Of a DNA stretch of 64,000 bases, positions 38,443 through 47,887 are shown piece by piece. The stretch's first letter is position 1. Each line of letters begins with the position of its first letter. Location of the stretch: NCBI GenBank assembly GCA_964013425.1, contig CAXGWC010000002.1, positions 22,818 through 86,817 on the forward strand, given 5' to 3'. This DNA is from an uncultured Candidatus Poseidoniales archaeon (lineage in GTDB: Archaea > Thermoplasmatota > Poseidoniia > Poseidoniales > Thalassarchaeaceae). Both the position numbers and the translations under genes were made by a program. The notes below the pieces were generated by a model. It ran no database searches. It was given only the letters and a program-made list of their open reading frames with translations, and was not told the DNA's origin.

Positions 38443-39576
38443 ATGGCCAGTTCGTGCGGCTTGATAGGAGATGGCAATAAGCCCGTTAAAATCCATCATC
38501 TAGTCAAAGCGCCCGAGAATACACCCGAATCAATAGCTTCCAGAGAGTCTTGGGATGCATCCAAGCCAGTTACAGTATACAAGACTCCCGAGAATCTTCC
38601 AGACGGCACTCCCTGTACTGCGGCCACTGTAATTCTACGCACGAAGGGCTGTGTATGGTGGTGGAAATCTGGATGTACCTTCTGCGGTTACTTCAATGAT
38701 GTCAGGGACGATGTAACTGCAGAGGATATGTTCTCTCAGTGGGAAGAGGCTAAGAGAGTCACGAGCGACTTCCGAGACTGCAAGATGGTCAAGGTTTACA
38801 CTTCAGGAACCTTCTTTGAGGATAGAGAAAACCCACCAGAATGGCAGGAGCACGTCCTCAGAGAGACTTATCAGATGGGGTTACACTTGGTAGTAGAGGC
38901 ACAAGCCCAAATGTGCACTCCTGAGAAGCTAGAATGGGTGGCTGAAAGACATCCAGGGTGTACTGTAGCCATCGGCTTAGAGGCATATGATAACACTGTT
39001 CTTAGATTCCACGCTAACAAGGGATTCTCCCTCAAGCAGTGGCATAAAGCAGTCGAAATCCTCAGAGACAATTCTCTAAGAGTCAAGACATATCTTTTGT
39101 TTAAACCACCTTTCATGTCCGAGGGGGACGCTCTTGAACACACAATCTCATGGGTCTCTGAAGTCTCCAAGATATCTGATGAGGTATCGATAAATCCGAT
39201 GAATATCCAGAGAGGGACAATAGTGGATAGGCTATTCAGGAACAGGGAATATCGGCCTCCTTGGCTCTGGTCATTGGTAGAGATGATCATCAGAACTCAT
39301 GACGATGTCTCGAAGACTGACTGCAGGGTGATCGTTCATCCAACAGCCGGTGGAAAGGCAAGAGGGTCCCACAATTGCGGATCATGCGATTCCGAGGTTG
39401 TTGCGGCGATTGAGAGATATTCAGTTTCTGGAAATCTAGGAGAATTTAATGAACTAGAATGCGAATGTAAGAAGGTCTGGCTTTCTGAGATACAGAATGA
39501 TTCTGCACTACCTACTCCTATGGGTTCCGGCATTCATCGCAGAGGGAACGCCCTGGATAGATTACGTGCCCCATGA
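38443..39576 (+). CDS. radical-SAM-like protein (archaeal TIGR01210/archaeosine synthase beta-subunit (RaSEA)-like candidate)
   Basis: Cys triad CVWWWKSGCTFCG near the N-terminus within a TIM-barrel-like region; C-terminal extra Cys cluster (HNCGSCDSE...CECK). Family assignment tentative. Confidence 0.45.
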   Translation: MASSCGLIGDGNKPVKIHHLVKAPENTPESIASRESWDASKPVTVYKTPENLPDGTPCTAATVILRTKGCVWWWKSGCTFCGYFNDVRDDVTAEDMFSQWEEAKRVTSDFRDCKMVKVYTSGTFFEDRENPPEWQEHVLRETYQMGLHLVVEAQAQMCTPEKLEWVAERHPGCTVAIGLEAYDNTVLRFHANKGFSLKQWHKAVEILRDNSLRVKTYLLFKPPFMSEGDALEHTISWVSEVSKISDEVSINPMNIQRGTIVDRLFRNREYRPPWLWSLVEMIIRTHDDVSKTDCRVIVHPTAGGKARGSHNCGSCDSEVVAAIERYSVSGNLGEFNELECECKKVWLSEIQNDSALPTPMGSGIHRRGNALDRLRAP

Positions 39577-39660
39577 TACTGAGGGACTCTGTCCCTCGCC
39601 CAACGCTTAAGGGGCCATCTCCGTTGGTTCGGTCCGCTTCTGTCGCGTCTCGCGGGGTGT

Positions 39661-39945
39661 GTGTCTATGTCTATCGAAGTACCAAGTTCAGTTGATGAGT
39701 TCATCCAAGGAGAGAAAGAGCCGGCTTCGTCGGGTGTAGTAGTGGTTCTAGGATTCGTTTCAATGCTCTCTTTCCTCATCCTCTACGGGATTCTGTTCCC
39801 AGGGAGGGACATGCCAGTAATTTCTGAAGTCTTACCCATGTTTGAGGGGGTCTTCGACTCAGGGATATGGTTCTTCCTTCTTGGAGTCATCTTCGGTGCA
39901 TTCTCAATTATAGCAACTATGCTTACGGAGGCCACTAGTGAGTGA
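39661..39945 (+). CDS. small two-TM membrane protein
   Basis: 94 aa with two hydrophobic helices; stop overlaps the start of the next membrane gene. Confidence 0.35.
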   Translation: MSMSIEVPSSVDEFIQGEKEPASSGVVVVLGFVSMLSFLILYGILFPGRDMPVISEVLPMFEGVFDSGIWFFLLGVIFGAFSIIATMLTEATSE

Positions 39946-41623
39946 GGTGATTGTCATGGATGTCGTAATATCAACCCTAGCAACTTTCTGGTTGTTGCTT
40001 GCACTATCCTTCGTTCTGATAAAGAGGGGCCTCTGGATATTCAATGATGTTGCCAAGGGCCTAAGCATGTTCATGCTGGAAAAGGCACTGGGTCCTGCCA
40101 TTGATTTTGTAAGCGGACGACCCGGTTCGTCTTCTTCTACATGGATTATCCATGGTTTAGTCTGGGCCTTCGTGGCTTCGACTCTAACATTCATGGGCCT
40201 GTGGCTAAATCATGATGCTACTGCCCTGCATAGCTTCGAATCTTGGGGCTATCACCCTGACTCCTCAGAGCTAATATATGCAGGAAGGCTAACTGCTCTT
40301 TTCGGTGCTATTGGAATGTTGGTAGTTGGGGCCTCCCTCTACTCACTTCCTAGACTATGCGGAACCCATCTTGCCAGTGAGTCAAACGCTACCTTGGTTT
40401 CTCTGCTCTGGACGCTATCTGTATTGCTAATGTTCCTGGGATCGCAGAACGCAGTAATTGCTGGCATCACCATACTTCCAATTGCAAACCTACTCTTGAC
40501 TCTAGCTTCGACTGCCTTGGTCATCAATATGATACTCACAGTTTCCGAGGCTACCCAGGAGATTCCATTCCCGGGCTGGCTCATCGTATACGCATTCATA
40601 GGAAATATAGCAGCCATCCTAGCTATCTTCATAAGCGGTGCATTCAATGAAGGAGTTGGCCAATGGTTACTCTTCCATCTCGCCGGTGGGACATTCTTCT
40701 TCTGTGGGGTAGCTGGAGTATCCCTCTACTCTGTTTCTGTCGGCTCCGGAAATCCACTATGGTCAAAGTCGCTGGTGGCATTCACTCTCTTTGGGGCTGT
40801 CATAACAATCAATCCAATGGGATCAACCGATCCCTCGATGGTTGTCGATTTATTCTCCCTCACAAGCAACGAACTCGAAGCATCATCCAGAGACGTCATT
40901 TCAGGCTCGTTCCTGATGGCTCTCTCCGCAATTCCAATTATTGCATTCAGTGCTAACATGCTGGTGACAATGAGGGGCTCAGATGCCTTCGTTGAGAATC
41001 CAGACTCTCCAGGAATTGCCGAGCTAAACCTAGGAGCTTGGATGCTAATTCCTATTGCTATAGGGTCACTGTTTGTCCAAACCGACGCTCTAGGGGGTGT
41101 CAACGAGCTGAGCGGAATATCACAGTCTCTTGATTTGATGGCAATATGGCTGGTGATGATGCCTTTGTCACTAGGAGCCGCTCTGAACGTTTTACCAAGA
41201 GCTAGTGGAAGGCACCAACTTTCGGCCAACCGCTCTCGATGGGCCTTCTGGATGATGTCAGGAGGTGCTTTCCTGGGACTACTCATTACACTGATGTCCG
41301 ACTTCACAGACATGGCACTCACCGAGTCGATGGCCGAGCAAGGCTCCTCGATTAATCAAGAACTTAGAAAGGTCGGATCAGTGATGTTCTATGGTACGGT
41401 TATCGGTGCAATATTCCACTGTACTAACACAATAAGTGGCCAGTACAGGGGACGAATTATGGGGGATATTTCCAAAGCATCATTATCATCTATAGCAATC
41501 GAGTCGTACAGCCTAACGGGGCCTACCACTATCAGGAAGATACTTGCTAGTGGCGCTACTCTTGATACAGAAGTCTCGCCCTCAGAGCAGAGCGAAGAGA
41601 AGGGCTCTGCAACCGAACTTTGA
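39938..41623 (+). CDS. large polytopic membrane protein (~13-14 TM), unknown function
   Basis: 561 aa, hydrophobic throughout, no recognisable transporter signature. Confidence 0.55.
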   Translation: MSEVIVMDVVISTLATFWLLLALSFVLIKRGLWIFNDVAKGLSMFMLEKALGPAIDFVSGRPGSSSSTWIIHGLVWAFVASTLTFMGLWLNHDATALHSFESWGYHPDSSELIYAGRLTALFGAIGMLVVGASLYSLPRLCGTHLASESNATLVSLLWTLSVLLMFLGSQNAVIAGITILPIANLLLTLASTALVINMILTVSEATQEIPFPGWLIVYAFIGNIAAILAIFISGAFNEGVGQWLLFHLAGGTFFFCGVAGVSLYSVSVGSGNPLWSKSLVAFTLFGAVITINPMGSTDPSMVVDLFSLTSNELEASSRDVISGSFLMALSAIPIIAFSANMLVTMRGSDAFVENPDSPGIAELNLGAWMLIPIAIGSLFVQTDALGGVNELSGISQSLDLMAIWLVMMPLSLGAALNVLPRASGRHQLSANRSRWAFWMMSGGAFLGLLITLMSDFTDMALTESMAEQGSSINQELRKVGSVMFYGTVIGAIFHCTNTISGQYRGRIMGDISKASLSSIAIESYSLTGPTTIRKILASGATLDTEVSPSEQSEEKGSATEL

Positions 41624-41646
41624 GGACGTAAGGCCCCTTCCGTAGA

Positions 41647-42942
41647 ATGATATCCATGCGAATAGGACTAGTGGGGAAGCCCAATGTGGGCAAATCTACT
41701 TCATTCTCAGCACTTACAGAGACCCCTGTAGAGATCGCAAACTACCCCTTTACCACTATAGATCCTAACGTCGGTGTCGCATGGATTCCACTAAGGGACC
41801 CATGTGCCTGCCTCGAGCTCAGGCAAAAGAGAGAACGAGAAGGAAGGCTGGAGAGTGTGGCCGATCAAGATCCACGCAAAGGAAGCATATGTACTCCCAA
41901 CTCCGGTGGATGTACAGGATATACTAGGCTGGTCCCAGTTACGATGATTGATGTCGCGGGGTTAGTCCCTGGTGCACATAAGGGGAGAGGAAGAGGGAAT
42001 CAGTTTCTCTCAGACTTAGCAAGATGCGATGCGCTAATCCAAGTCATAGATGCCTCTGGTTCGACCGATATCGAAGGAAACCCCGTTGGCTCAGGAGGAT
42101 CAAACCCTATTCAGGAATATGAATTCCTAACCGCAGAGCTAGACGCATGGATCAGTGGAATACTGAGTAATGGATGGGAAAGGGGGGCTAGGAGAGTTCA
42201 AGCAGAGGGAGAAAGAGCGCTGAATGACTTCATTCTAGACAGGCTCACTGGAATCGGTGCCAATGAGAGGCATGTCAGTGTGGGTATCTCATCTGTAAAT
42301 GAAGCGAATCCAGACGCCGGAATGCCCTGGACATGGACAGAAAACGAAATTACAATCCTGGCTTCAGCCATCAGGACTCAACTATTTCCTATATTCGTCG
42401 CCGCAAACAAGGCTGACAAGGCATCAACAGAATCTTGGACTGAATTAAAGAAAATTGTCTCGGAGTCCGGTGGAATTGTAGTTCCCACAAGCGCGGAGGC
42501 CGAACTAGCACTGAGAAGGGCTTCCAGTGCAGGTCTAATTGAAAACATACCAGGCGAGTTCGAATTTCAAATCACTGATTCAGGAGAAAAAAACCTCTCA
42601 GAAAAGCAGAGGAGCGCACTCGAGTCGATTTCGTCATCTCTTAGGGATTGGGAAGGAGGGGGCCTCCTAGGATTACTAGGAGAGGTTATTTTTGGTAATC
42701 TTGGAAGAAGAGTTGCATATCCAGTTCAGGATGAAACACATTGGACTGATGGAGACGGAAAAATTCTTCCAGACGCTCTTCTAGTCCCTTCAGGAACTAC
42801 TGCTAGGGAATTGGCATTCCTAGTCCATACTGATTTGGGACAGGGATTCATCAAGGCAGTTGATGCTCGCTCGGGGAGAGTAATCGGTGCTGAGTATGAA
42901 GTGATGGATAATGATGTGATTAGGATACATTCCAAATCGTAG
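41647..42942 (+). CDS. Obg-like GTPase of the Ygr210/YchF-related subfamily with a TGS domain
   Basis: G1 GLVGKPNVGKST, G3 DVAGLV, G4 NKAD, C-terminal TGS-like domain (VIRIHSKS). A 4-Cys insertion (PCACLELRQ...CTPNSGGCTG) lies within the G domain. Confidence 0.8.
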   Translation: MISMRIGLVGKPNVGKSTSFSALTETPVEIANYPFTTIDPNVGVAWIPLRDPCACLELRQKREREGRLESVADQDPRKGSICTPNSGGCTGYTRLVPVTMIDVAGLVPGAHKGRGRGNQFLSDLARCDALIQVIDASGSTDIEGNPVGSGGSNPIQEYEFLTAELDAWISGILSNGWERGARRVQAEGERALNDFILDRLTGIGANERHVSVGISSVNEANPDAGMPWTWTENEITILASAIRTQLFPIFVAANKADKASTESWTELKKIVSESGGIVVPTSAEAELALRRASSAGLIENIPGEFEFQITDSGEKNLSEKQRSALESISSSLRDWEGGGLLGLLGEVIFGNLGRRVAYPVQDETHWTDGDGKILPDALLVPSGTTARELAFLVHTDLGQGFIKAVDARSGRVIGAEYEVMDNDVIRIHSKS

Positions 42943-42943
42943 A

Positions 42944-43645
42944 CTACTCAGTCGGCTCAACCACCGACTCTTCAATCACCAATTCATAGGTAACCATTCT
43001 CCAAATAATATCAAAATCCTCATCAGAATCCACAAAACCTCCGACCACCGGGGCGGAGTTAATCTCAGCTGATATAGTAGCCGACCAGACACCAATTCCT
43101 AATCCATTATCATTCCAAGTCTCATATATCGTTTTCTGGGATGATTCAATACTGAAACTCTCCCCAGTGTAGTTGGTCGTCACATCCCATCTCAATGTGA
43201 AGCCACCATTTCCCCCCATACAGGTTCCTTCCGCATCCTGATCTTGAATATGTCCTGAGGAGTAACCCTCGACATCGATGAGGTCGCTAACTCCCTCCAC
43301 ACTATCCGAAAATCCAGGACCCGGGTCATCATTGTCGTTACACTGGATAACCAACTCGATGAAACCTATTTCCATATCGCCTAAATCCCCCATTCCAACT
43401 ATGAACTCGGTCATATGAGTGTCCCCATCTTCCAAAACTGTAGATTCTTCGAAAATAGACTCACTCTCACTGAAGCTAACCAACCATTCGCCCTGTCCAG
43501 AGCTCCCACCAGTTACTAAATTCTCATCCGCCAGGGGCATCCACGCGAAGTACATTGGAAATAGAAACATGAATGCGACTGTACCAGTCGCCATCCCAAT
43601 TCTTCTCGGGCTGTCGAGCATGTCAAATACCATCTGACTCAACAC
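42944..43645 (-). CDS. hypothetical acidic protein with N-terminal membrane anchor
   Basis: 233 aa; N-terminal hydrophobic segment, Asp/Glu/Gly-rich body. Confidence 0.45.
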   Translation of the reverse strand: MLSQMVFDMLDSPRRIGMATGTVAFMFLFPMYFAWMPLADENLVTGGSSGQGEWLVSFSESESIFEESTVLEDGDTHMTEFIVGMGDLGDMEIGFIELVIQCNDNDDPGPGFSDSVEGVSDLIDVEGYSSGHIQDQDAEGTCMGGNGGFTLRWDVTTNYTGESFSIESSQKTIYETWNDNGLGIGVWSATISAEINSAPVVGGFVDSDEDFDIIWRMVTYELVIEESVVEPTE

Positions 43646-43726
43646 TGGAAAATTGGCATCTCTTTCAAATCCTCTCTCTAGTCTCCTTTACAAACAGCCA
43701 TTTTCACTTTCAATCGTATATTCGGT

Positions 43727-44170
43727 TTAGAGTAATCCTTCAGAGGAGAAAACCCTCCTCGATTTCCTGAATTCGGGTATGAAGTATCCAATCATAGATC
43801 TCTCCCAGAAACTCCATTTCCACGGACATCTCGGTAATGAATCAGTCCAGTCACGAAGGAAGGAAAGCCACTCCTCTCCGTCTATTGATTCAGGAATCTC
43901 AAAAGAAACAATTGTGACTATTCCGGCTGAGCCGGGAGTGTAGCTCCATGCTCTCAGAGAGAGGCCTTCCGCAATTCCTTCACCAACTTCCATTCCTAGA
44001 ACTCTTGCGGAATTGGTTATTGGCATTATTATGGCCCATCGGTGAACCACTTTCGACTCTTCGAGTCTCGAACCAGGCCATCCCCGATTGTCACATGTGA
44101 TTCTGAAGTACCTAACTGCATCAGTAGCGGTGATGGAAACTGGAATCTCCAGTACTCGGGTAGAATGCAT
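43727..44170 (-). CDS. hypothetical protein
   Basis: 147-aa ORF co-directional with neighbours; no motif recognised. Confidence 0.4.
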   Translation of the reverse strand: MHSTRVLEIPVSITATDAVRYFRITCDNRGWPGSRLEESKVVHRWAIIMPITNSARVLGMEVGEGIAEGLSLRAWSYTPGSAGIVTIVSFEIPESIDGEEWLSFLRDWTDSLPRCPWKWSFWERSMIGYFIPEFRKSRRVFSSEGLL

Positions 44171-44232
44171 ATGTAGTCGCTGACAGGCTATCGCCCATAG
44201 CGCCTTCGCGATTTAGTTCAATTCAATACTGC

Positions 44233-44541
44233 TTATCCGAACAACGAGCCGAGACCTTCGAAGCCACCATCCTCTTCCTCAGGCTCCTCTTCAACTGCGG
44301 CCTCAGCAGGAGCTTCAGTAGCTCCTCCAGCGGCAGCAGGTGCGGCGCCCGAAGCAACGGGTGCGGCTATGGCAGTAGCCATGGCTTCTCCGATATCCAC
44401 GGATCCCAACGAAGCGACCAGTGCCTTAACACGGGCGCTGTCAGCATCCACTCCGGCGGCGGTTAGCACAGCGCTAACGCCATTCTCGTCAATCTCTTTC
44501 TCGGCCGAGTGCAGTAGCATTGCAGCGTATACATATTCCAT
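44233..44541 (-). CDS. rpl12: 50S ribosomal stalk protein P1 (aP1/L12)
   Basis: [22 protein letters not shown]... with acidic tail ending [15 protein letters not shown]. Start at the internal ATG preceded by GGTGA; the longer ORF (to 44721) overlaps rplP0. Confidence 0.85.
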   Translation of the reverse strand: MEYVYAAMLLHSAEKEIDENGVSAVLTAAGVDADSARVKALVASLGSVDIGEAMATAIAAPVASGAAPAAAGGATEAPAEAAVEEEPEEEDGGFEGLGSLFG

Positions 44542-44557
44542 TTTTTCACCTTCTTTT

Positions 44558-45598
44558 TCATCCGAAGAGGTCGCCAAGTCCACCGAACCCAGCTTCCTCC
44601 TCTTCCTCCTCTTCCTCGGAAACAGCTTCACTTGCTGTATCCTCTGCCGCTTCTGAGGCCGCGGCACCAACACTCGACGAGACCGTCGCCGCACCGAGTG
44701 CTGCGACAAGCTCTTCGTCAAGAGCTGAGGAATCTAATCGGCTAGCTAAAGCCATAGCGTGCGCGTTGGCGCGGGAAATTATGACGGAAGCCGTCTCATC
44801 ATTGACGACTCCAGCCTCCAAGGCAACGGAAAGAGCCTCGCTACTCGCCTTGGATAATAGTGCAGGCATTGTAGCAATGGAGAACCACTGAACATTGAAT
44901 GCCAGGTTGAATGCACCTGAGGTGGCCTGGATTATGTCATTTCTGAGCCCATCAGTATCAAGATCTAGCTCGGATGAGGAAAGAACCTGACCGTCGTCTA
45001 TAACTCCCATCAGTATGAGGCCAATTTCTATCGGGTTGATTCCTAGTTTGGAAAGCATCAAACCGAGCTCCCCCTCTATTGGATCTCCCTTGTTCACAAC
45101 AGTGACAGTTTTCTGAATGGCAACAGCCCCCTTGTCTATCTTTGCTGGGATTCCAACGGCATTGAACTCACCGACTATAGGGCCAGGACCAAACTCAGTT
45201 GGCCCCGCTTCGACGATTATATCCTCTGGAGCAATCTCTCCTTCCTTGGCTGCTCTACCCTGCCTTGTCTTTTCGAGCTCATCGAATAATTCGTAGCAGT
45301 TGAGCGAGTCAGTATGTACAACACATGGCTGTATCGCTCCTTCGAGCAACGTCTCAAGATTCTCCTCAGATAGTCCGGCCTCTTTCCAAGCCAACCTAAT
45401 CAGGCTCTTCTTGGCCATGGTCATCGTCAGCATACCTCGTAGAGAGCTTCTCATATCTAGCATATTCTTCGCGGGTACTCCTGAGATATCTACCACACCG
45501 ACGATCCCTTCTCTCCCAACTATGTCTTTCAGCTCATCAACACGGTCGGGCTTCCAACCAGCTACTTTGGGAATCAACCAATCACCTCGACCTTGCAT
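44558..45598 (-). CDS. rplP0: 50S ribosomal protein uL10 (P0)
   Basis: P0 fold, tail [18 protein letters not shown]. Start taken at [17 protein letters not shown], which aligns with archaeal P0 N-termini (alternative ATG at 45628). Overlaps the rpl1 3' end by ~25 nt. Confidence 0.85.
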   Translation of the reverse strand: MQGRGDWLIPKVAGWKPDRVDELKDIVGREGIVGVVDISGVPAKNMLDMRSSLRGMLTMTMAKKSLIRLAWKEAGLSEENLETLLEGAIQPCVVHTDSLNCYELFDELEKTRQGRAAKEGEIAPEDIIVEAGPTEFGPGPIVGEFNAVGIPAKIDKGAVAIQKTVTVVNKGDPIEGELGLMLSKLGINPIEIGLILMGVIDDGQVLSSSELDLDTDGLRNDIIQATSGAFNLAFNVQWFSIATMPALLSKASSEALSVALEAGVVNDETASVIISRANAHAMALASRLDSSALDEELVAALGAATVSSSVGAAASEAAEDTASEAVSEEEEEEEEAGFGGLGDLFG

Positions 45599-46218
45599 GA
45601 TGGGCCCATGGATGTCTTGACGTAGCAAGATCTGATGTTTCCTGTGCCCCTCTCAAGCCTGCTCATGACCCTATTCCAAATCGCCATTGCGTTAAGAGTC
45701 AAGTCATTAAGGCCCTGCTCTCTGGAACCGAGTGCTGCATGGAATGTGATTTTATCTCTAGATCTAACAACTGCAGTATCCTTCAGTCCATTAGCAATCA
45801 TAGCGGGATCGACATTTGGTGGTACAGGCCTCGGCATCTTCCCTCTCGGTCCTAGAACAACCCCAAGGAACCTACCTACTGTACCCATGTGAGGTATCTC
45901 TGACAAGAAAAAGTCGTACTTATTTGCCATTTTCCTAGCCTGCTGACGGTTTCCCCCTATGTCCTCGATAGTCATAGGATCTATGACATCCAACCCCGCG
46001 GCCCTCGCCTTTGCAGACATCTCTCCACCAGCGAACATTGCAATCCTGACAGGTTTACCTCTGCCGGATGGGAGTCTTACCTCTTCTTGAATTCTGTTTG
46101 CTGGATTCTTCAAATCAACATCCTTGAGTGTGAATGAGATTTCTACTGACTCTACGAACTTTCGCTCGGGAGATTCCTCTAAGGCTTGTTGAATAGCGGT
46201 CTGTATATTTTCCTTCAT
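45574..46218 (-). CDS. rpl1: 50S ribosomal protein uL1
   Basis: 214 aa; ...YVKTSMGPS...VEVIG C-terminus and L1 core motifs. Confidence 0.9.
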   Translation of the reverse strand: MKENIQTAIQQALEESPERKFVESVEISFTLKDVDLKNPANRIQEEVRLPSGRGKPVRIAMFAGGEMSAKARAAGLDVIDPMTIEDIGGNRQQARKMANKYDFFLSEIPHMGTVGRFLGVVLGPRGKMPRPVPPNVDPAMIANGLKDTAVVRSRDKITFHAALGSREQGLNDLTLNAMAIWNRVMSRLERGTGNIRSCYVKTSMGPSCKVEVIG

Positions 46219-46272
46219 TCTAAGCCACCTCCGCGGTCAACGAGGAAAAACCTCTCCCGCAACTCGTGATTG

Positions 46273-46551
46273 TCAAGCGAAATGCTCGGCAAAATCCCCC
46301 TTGCTCATAGCACTAAGGGCGTCCTTAGGAGACATCCCTTCAATATTTACCCGCATTGAAACACAGGTTCCCATAACCTCTCTGCATCTTGCGTAAAGCG
46401 TTGCACCGGTCAACCTGTCCTTCTGGTCTTCAGCCAGCTTCTTCACCTGTTCCATGGTGAGGTTCTCAGTGGCCTCTTCCCACGATCCATTGCACTTTTT
46501 CTTACCAAGTGATTGGATGATCATGTGAGGAGTCTCATTACGTGCTGACAT
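46273..46551 (-). CDS. rpl11: 50S ribosomal protein uL11, C-terminal (rRNA-binding) domain only; N-terminal domain not encoded in place
   Basis: NLTMEQVKKLAED...REVMGTCVSMRVNIEGMSPKD...DFAEHF aligns with the L11 CTD. Only 79 nt separate it from the spt5 stop, and the frame is closed by TAA at 46648-46650. Confidence 0.7.
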   Translation of the reverse strand: MSARNETPHMIIQSLGKKKCNGSWEEATENLTMEQVKKLAEDQKDRLTGATLYARCREVMGTCVSMRVNIEGMSPKDALSAMSKGDFAEHFA

Positions 46552-46630
46552 ACTAAATCCCCCTATTGAGTGCCCCGCCGACCTGCTTTCCCTATTTGAG
46601 AGTGATGCAAACCGATGATTCCTCCAAACC

Positions 46631-47530
46631 TCACTCCATTCTCTGTGTTACTCTTACTTGATCGGCCCTGATGTTGAGTGCCACAGGTACAGCTGCTTCG
46701 AATAATTCTACGGTGACCTCTTCCTTTGACTCACTTACTCCAATCACACGAGCCGCGGCGCCCTTGAACGCGCCTCCACGGATTTCAACTATGTTTCCTT
46801 CCTCTATTCCCGATGTTGCCGCCTTTGGCTCTAGATATGGTAGTATGTCCATCAGAGGGGACTCTCCATCCAGAACCTTTCGACAATTCTTCATTGGGGT
46901 AGCCGATACTCCAACCCTTCCTATTAGCTTCTCAACATGATGGATTGCTGTAGCCTCAACAAAAATGAACCCCTTCAGGTAGCTAGGGCTCAGCACTCCG
47001 AAGATCTTGTCTTGTATGTCTTGAAGGGAGCCGGTTCCAGAAAGTCTAGCTCTGATCTCTCTCGCGACATTCTGTTCTTGTCCCATACTAGTTTTGAGGA
47101 TGTAGAGGAAAGATGCGACGTCACCGTACATGTTCCCCAGTTGGGGTACCATGTACCTCGATGATCTGCTTTCGGATGAGTCATCGGGCTCTACCCAGTT
47201 GATGTAACCTGGATCGACCCAGCTGTGATTCTTGTATAGTCCTCTGGAATTAACCTCTTCCGTGTCGCTGAGGAATAGAAGAGGGGTGACATCGTTCAGA
47301 CGGTTTCCGAATTCTAGTCCCCTGGCGTCCCCGGCTCTAATGAACGTCAGACTCTCCGGGGCAATTCCAGTGGTTTCCTCGATTCTGGCGGCAACAACGT
47401 CAAGGTCGTTGGAGTCCCCAACGCCGTAGACACCATCCCATGCTCCAGCGAAGTCTGAGACTTCGTCGGCACGTTGCATCAGTAGAACTTTCTCTGCGTG
47501 GCGGATATAGGCAACAAAAGCATCTGACAA
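46631..47530 (-). CDS. spt5: transcription elongation factor Spt5 (NGN + KOW) with a ~130-aa N-terminal Nudix-fold-like extension
   Basis: Residues ~140-299 show an Spt5 NGN start (ILKTSMGQEQNVAREIRARL) and KOW (GNIVEIRGGAFKG). The in-frame upstream 133 aa carry a degenerate Nudix box GAWDGVYGVGDSNDLDVVAARIEETTGI and run from 14 nt after the secE stop. Confidence 0.7.
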   Translation of the reverse strand: MSDAFVAYIRHAEKVLLMQRADEVSDFAGAWDGVYGVGDSNDLDVVAARIEETTGIAPESLTFIRAGDARGLEFGNRLNDVTPLLFLSDTEEVNSRGLYKNHSWVDPGYINWVEPDDSSESRSSRYMVPQLGNMYGDVASFLYILKTSMGQEQNVAREIRARLSGTGSLQDIQDKIFGVLSPSYLKGFIFVEATAIHHVEKLIGRVGVSATPMKNCRKVLDGESPLMDILPYLEPKAATSGIEEGNIVEIRGGAFKGAAARVIGVSESKEEVTVELFEAAVPVALNIRADQVRVTQRME

Positions 47531-47543
47531 ATCTCATCCCTCC

Positions 47544-47807
47544 TTAGTTAGTTAACCAGCTGAAGAAGTCGGGCAACAAAGTGTCCATACCCCAAAGCAT
47601 CACGAATCCTATTAGTCCGAGTACAAGCATTCCAATTCCACAAACTATCACTGTCTGCCTGAACTCTTGCTTCGAAGGCTTTCTGGCCATCTTCAAGATT
47701 CTGGCATATGATCCAGTTTGAAGGCCCTTGATTCTGCCTTCTATGCCATCCTGCCATCCCTGCACAGTGTCTTCTACCACACCAACATTGGAACTTTCAA
47801 CACCCAT
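47544..47807 (-). CDS. secE: protein translocase subunit SecE (Sec61 gamma)
   Basis: ARKPSKQEFRQTVIVCGIGMLVLGLIGFV; canonical position upstream of spt5. Confidence 0.8.
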   Translation of the reverse strand: MGVESSNVGVVEDTVQGWQDGIEGRIKGLQTGSYARILKMARKPSKQEFRQTVIVCGIGMLVLGLIGFVMLWGMDTLLPDFFSWLTN

Positions 47808-47887
47808 AGTTCAACCTCAAAGCGGTCTGCCGACCGACGAGCCTCATTTAAGCACAGCGGATGAGCTTGTCCGAGTACTCGGAGGGA

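Noticed and set aside
44233-45628. GAGGAAGAGG-type low-complexity DNA repeats
   Set aside because: These are the poly-Glu acidic tails of ribosomal stalk proteins P0/P1 (EEEEEE...[10 protein letters not shown]), not microsatellites or CRISPR repeats.
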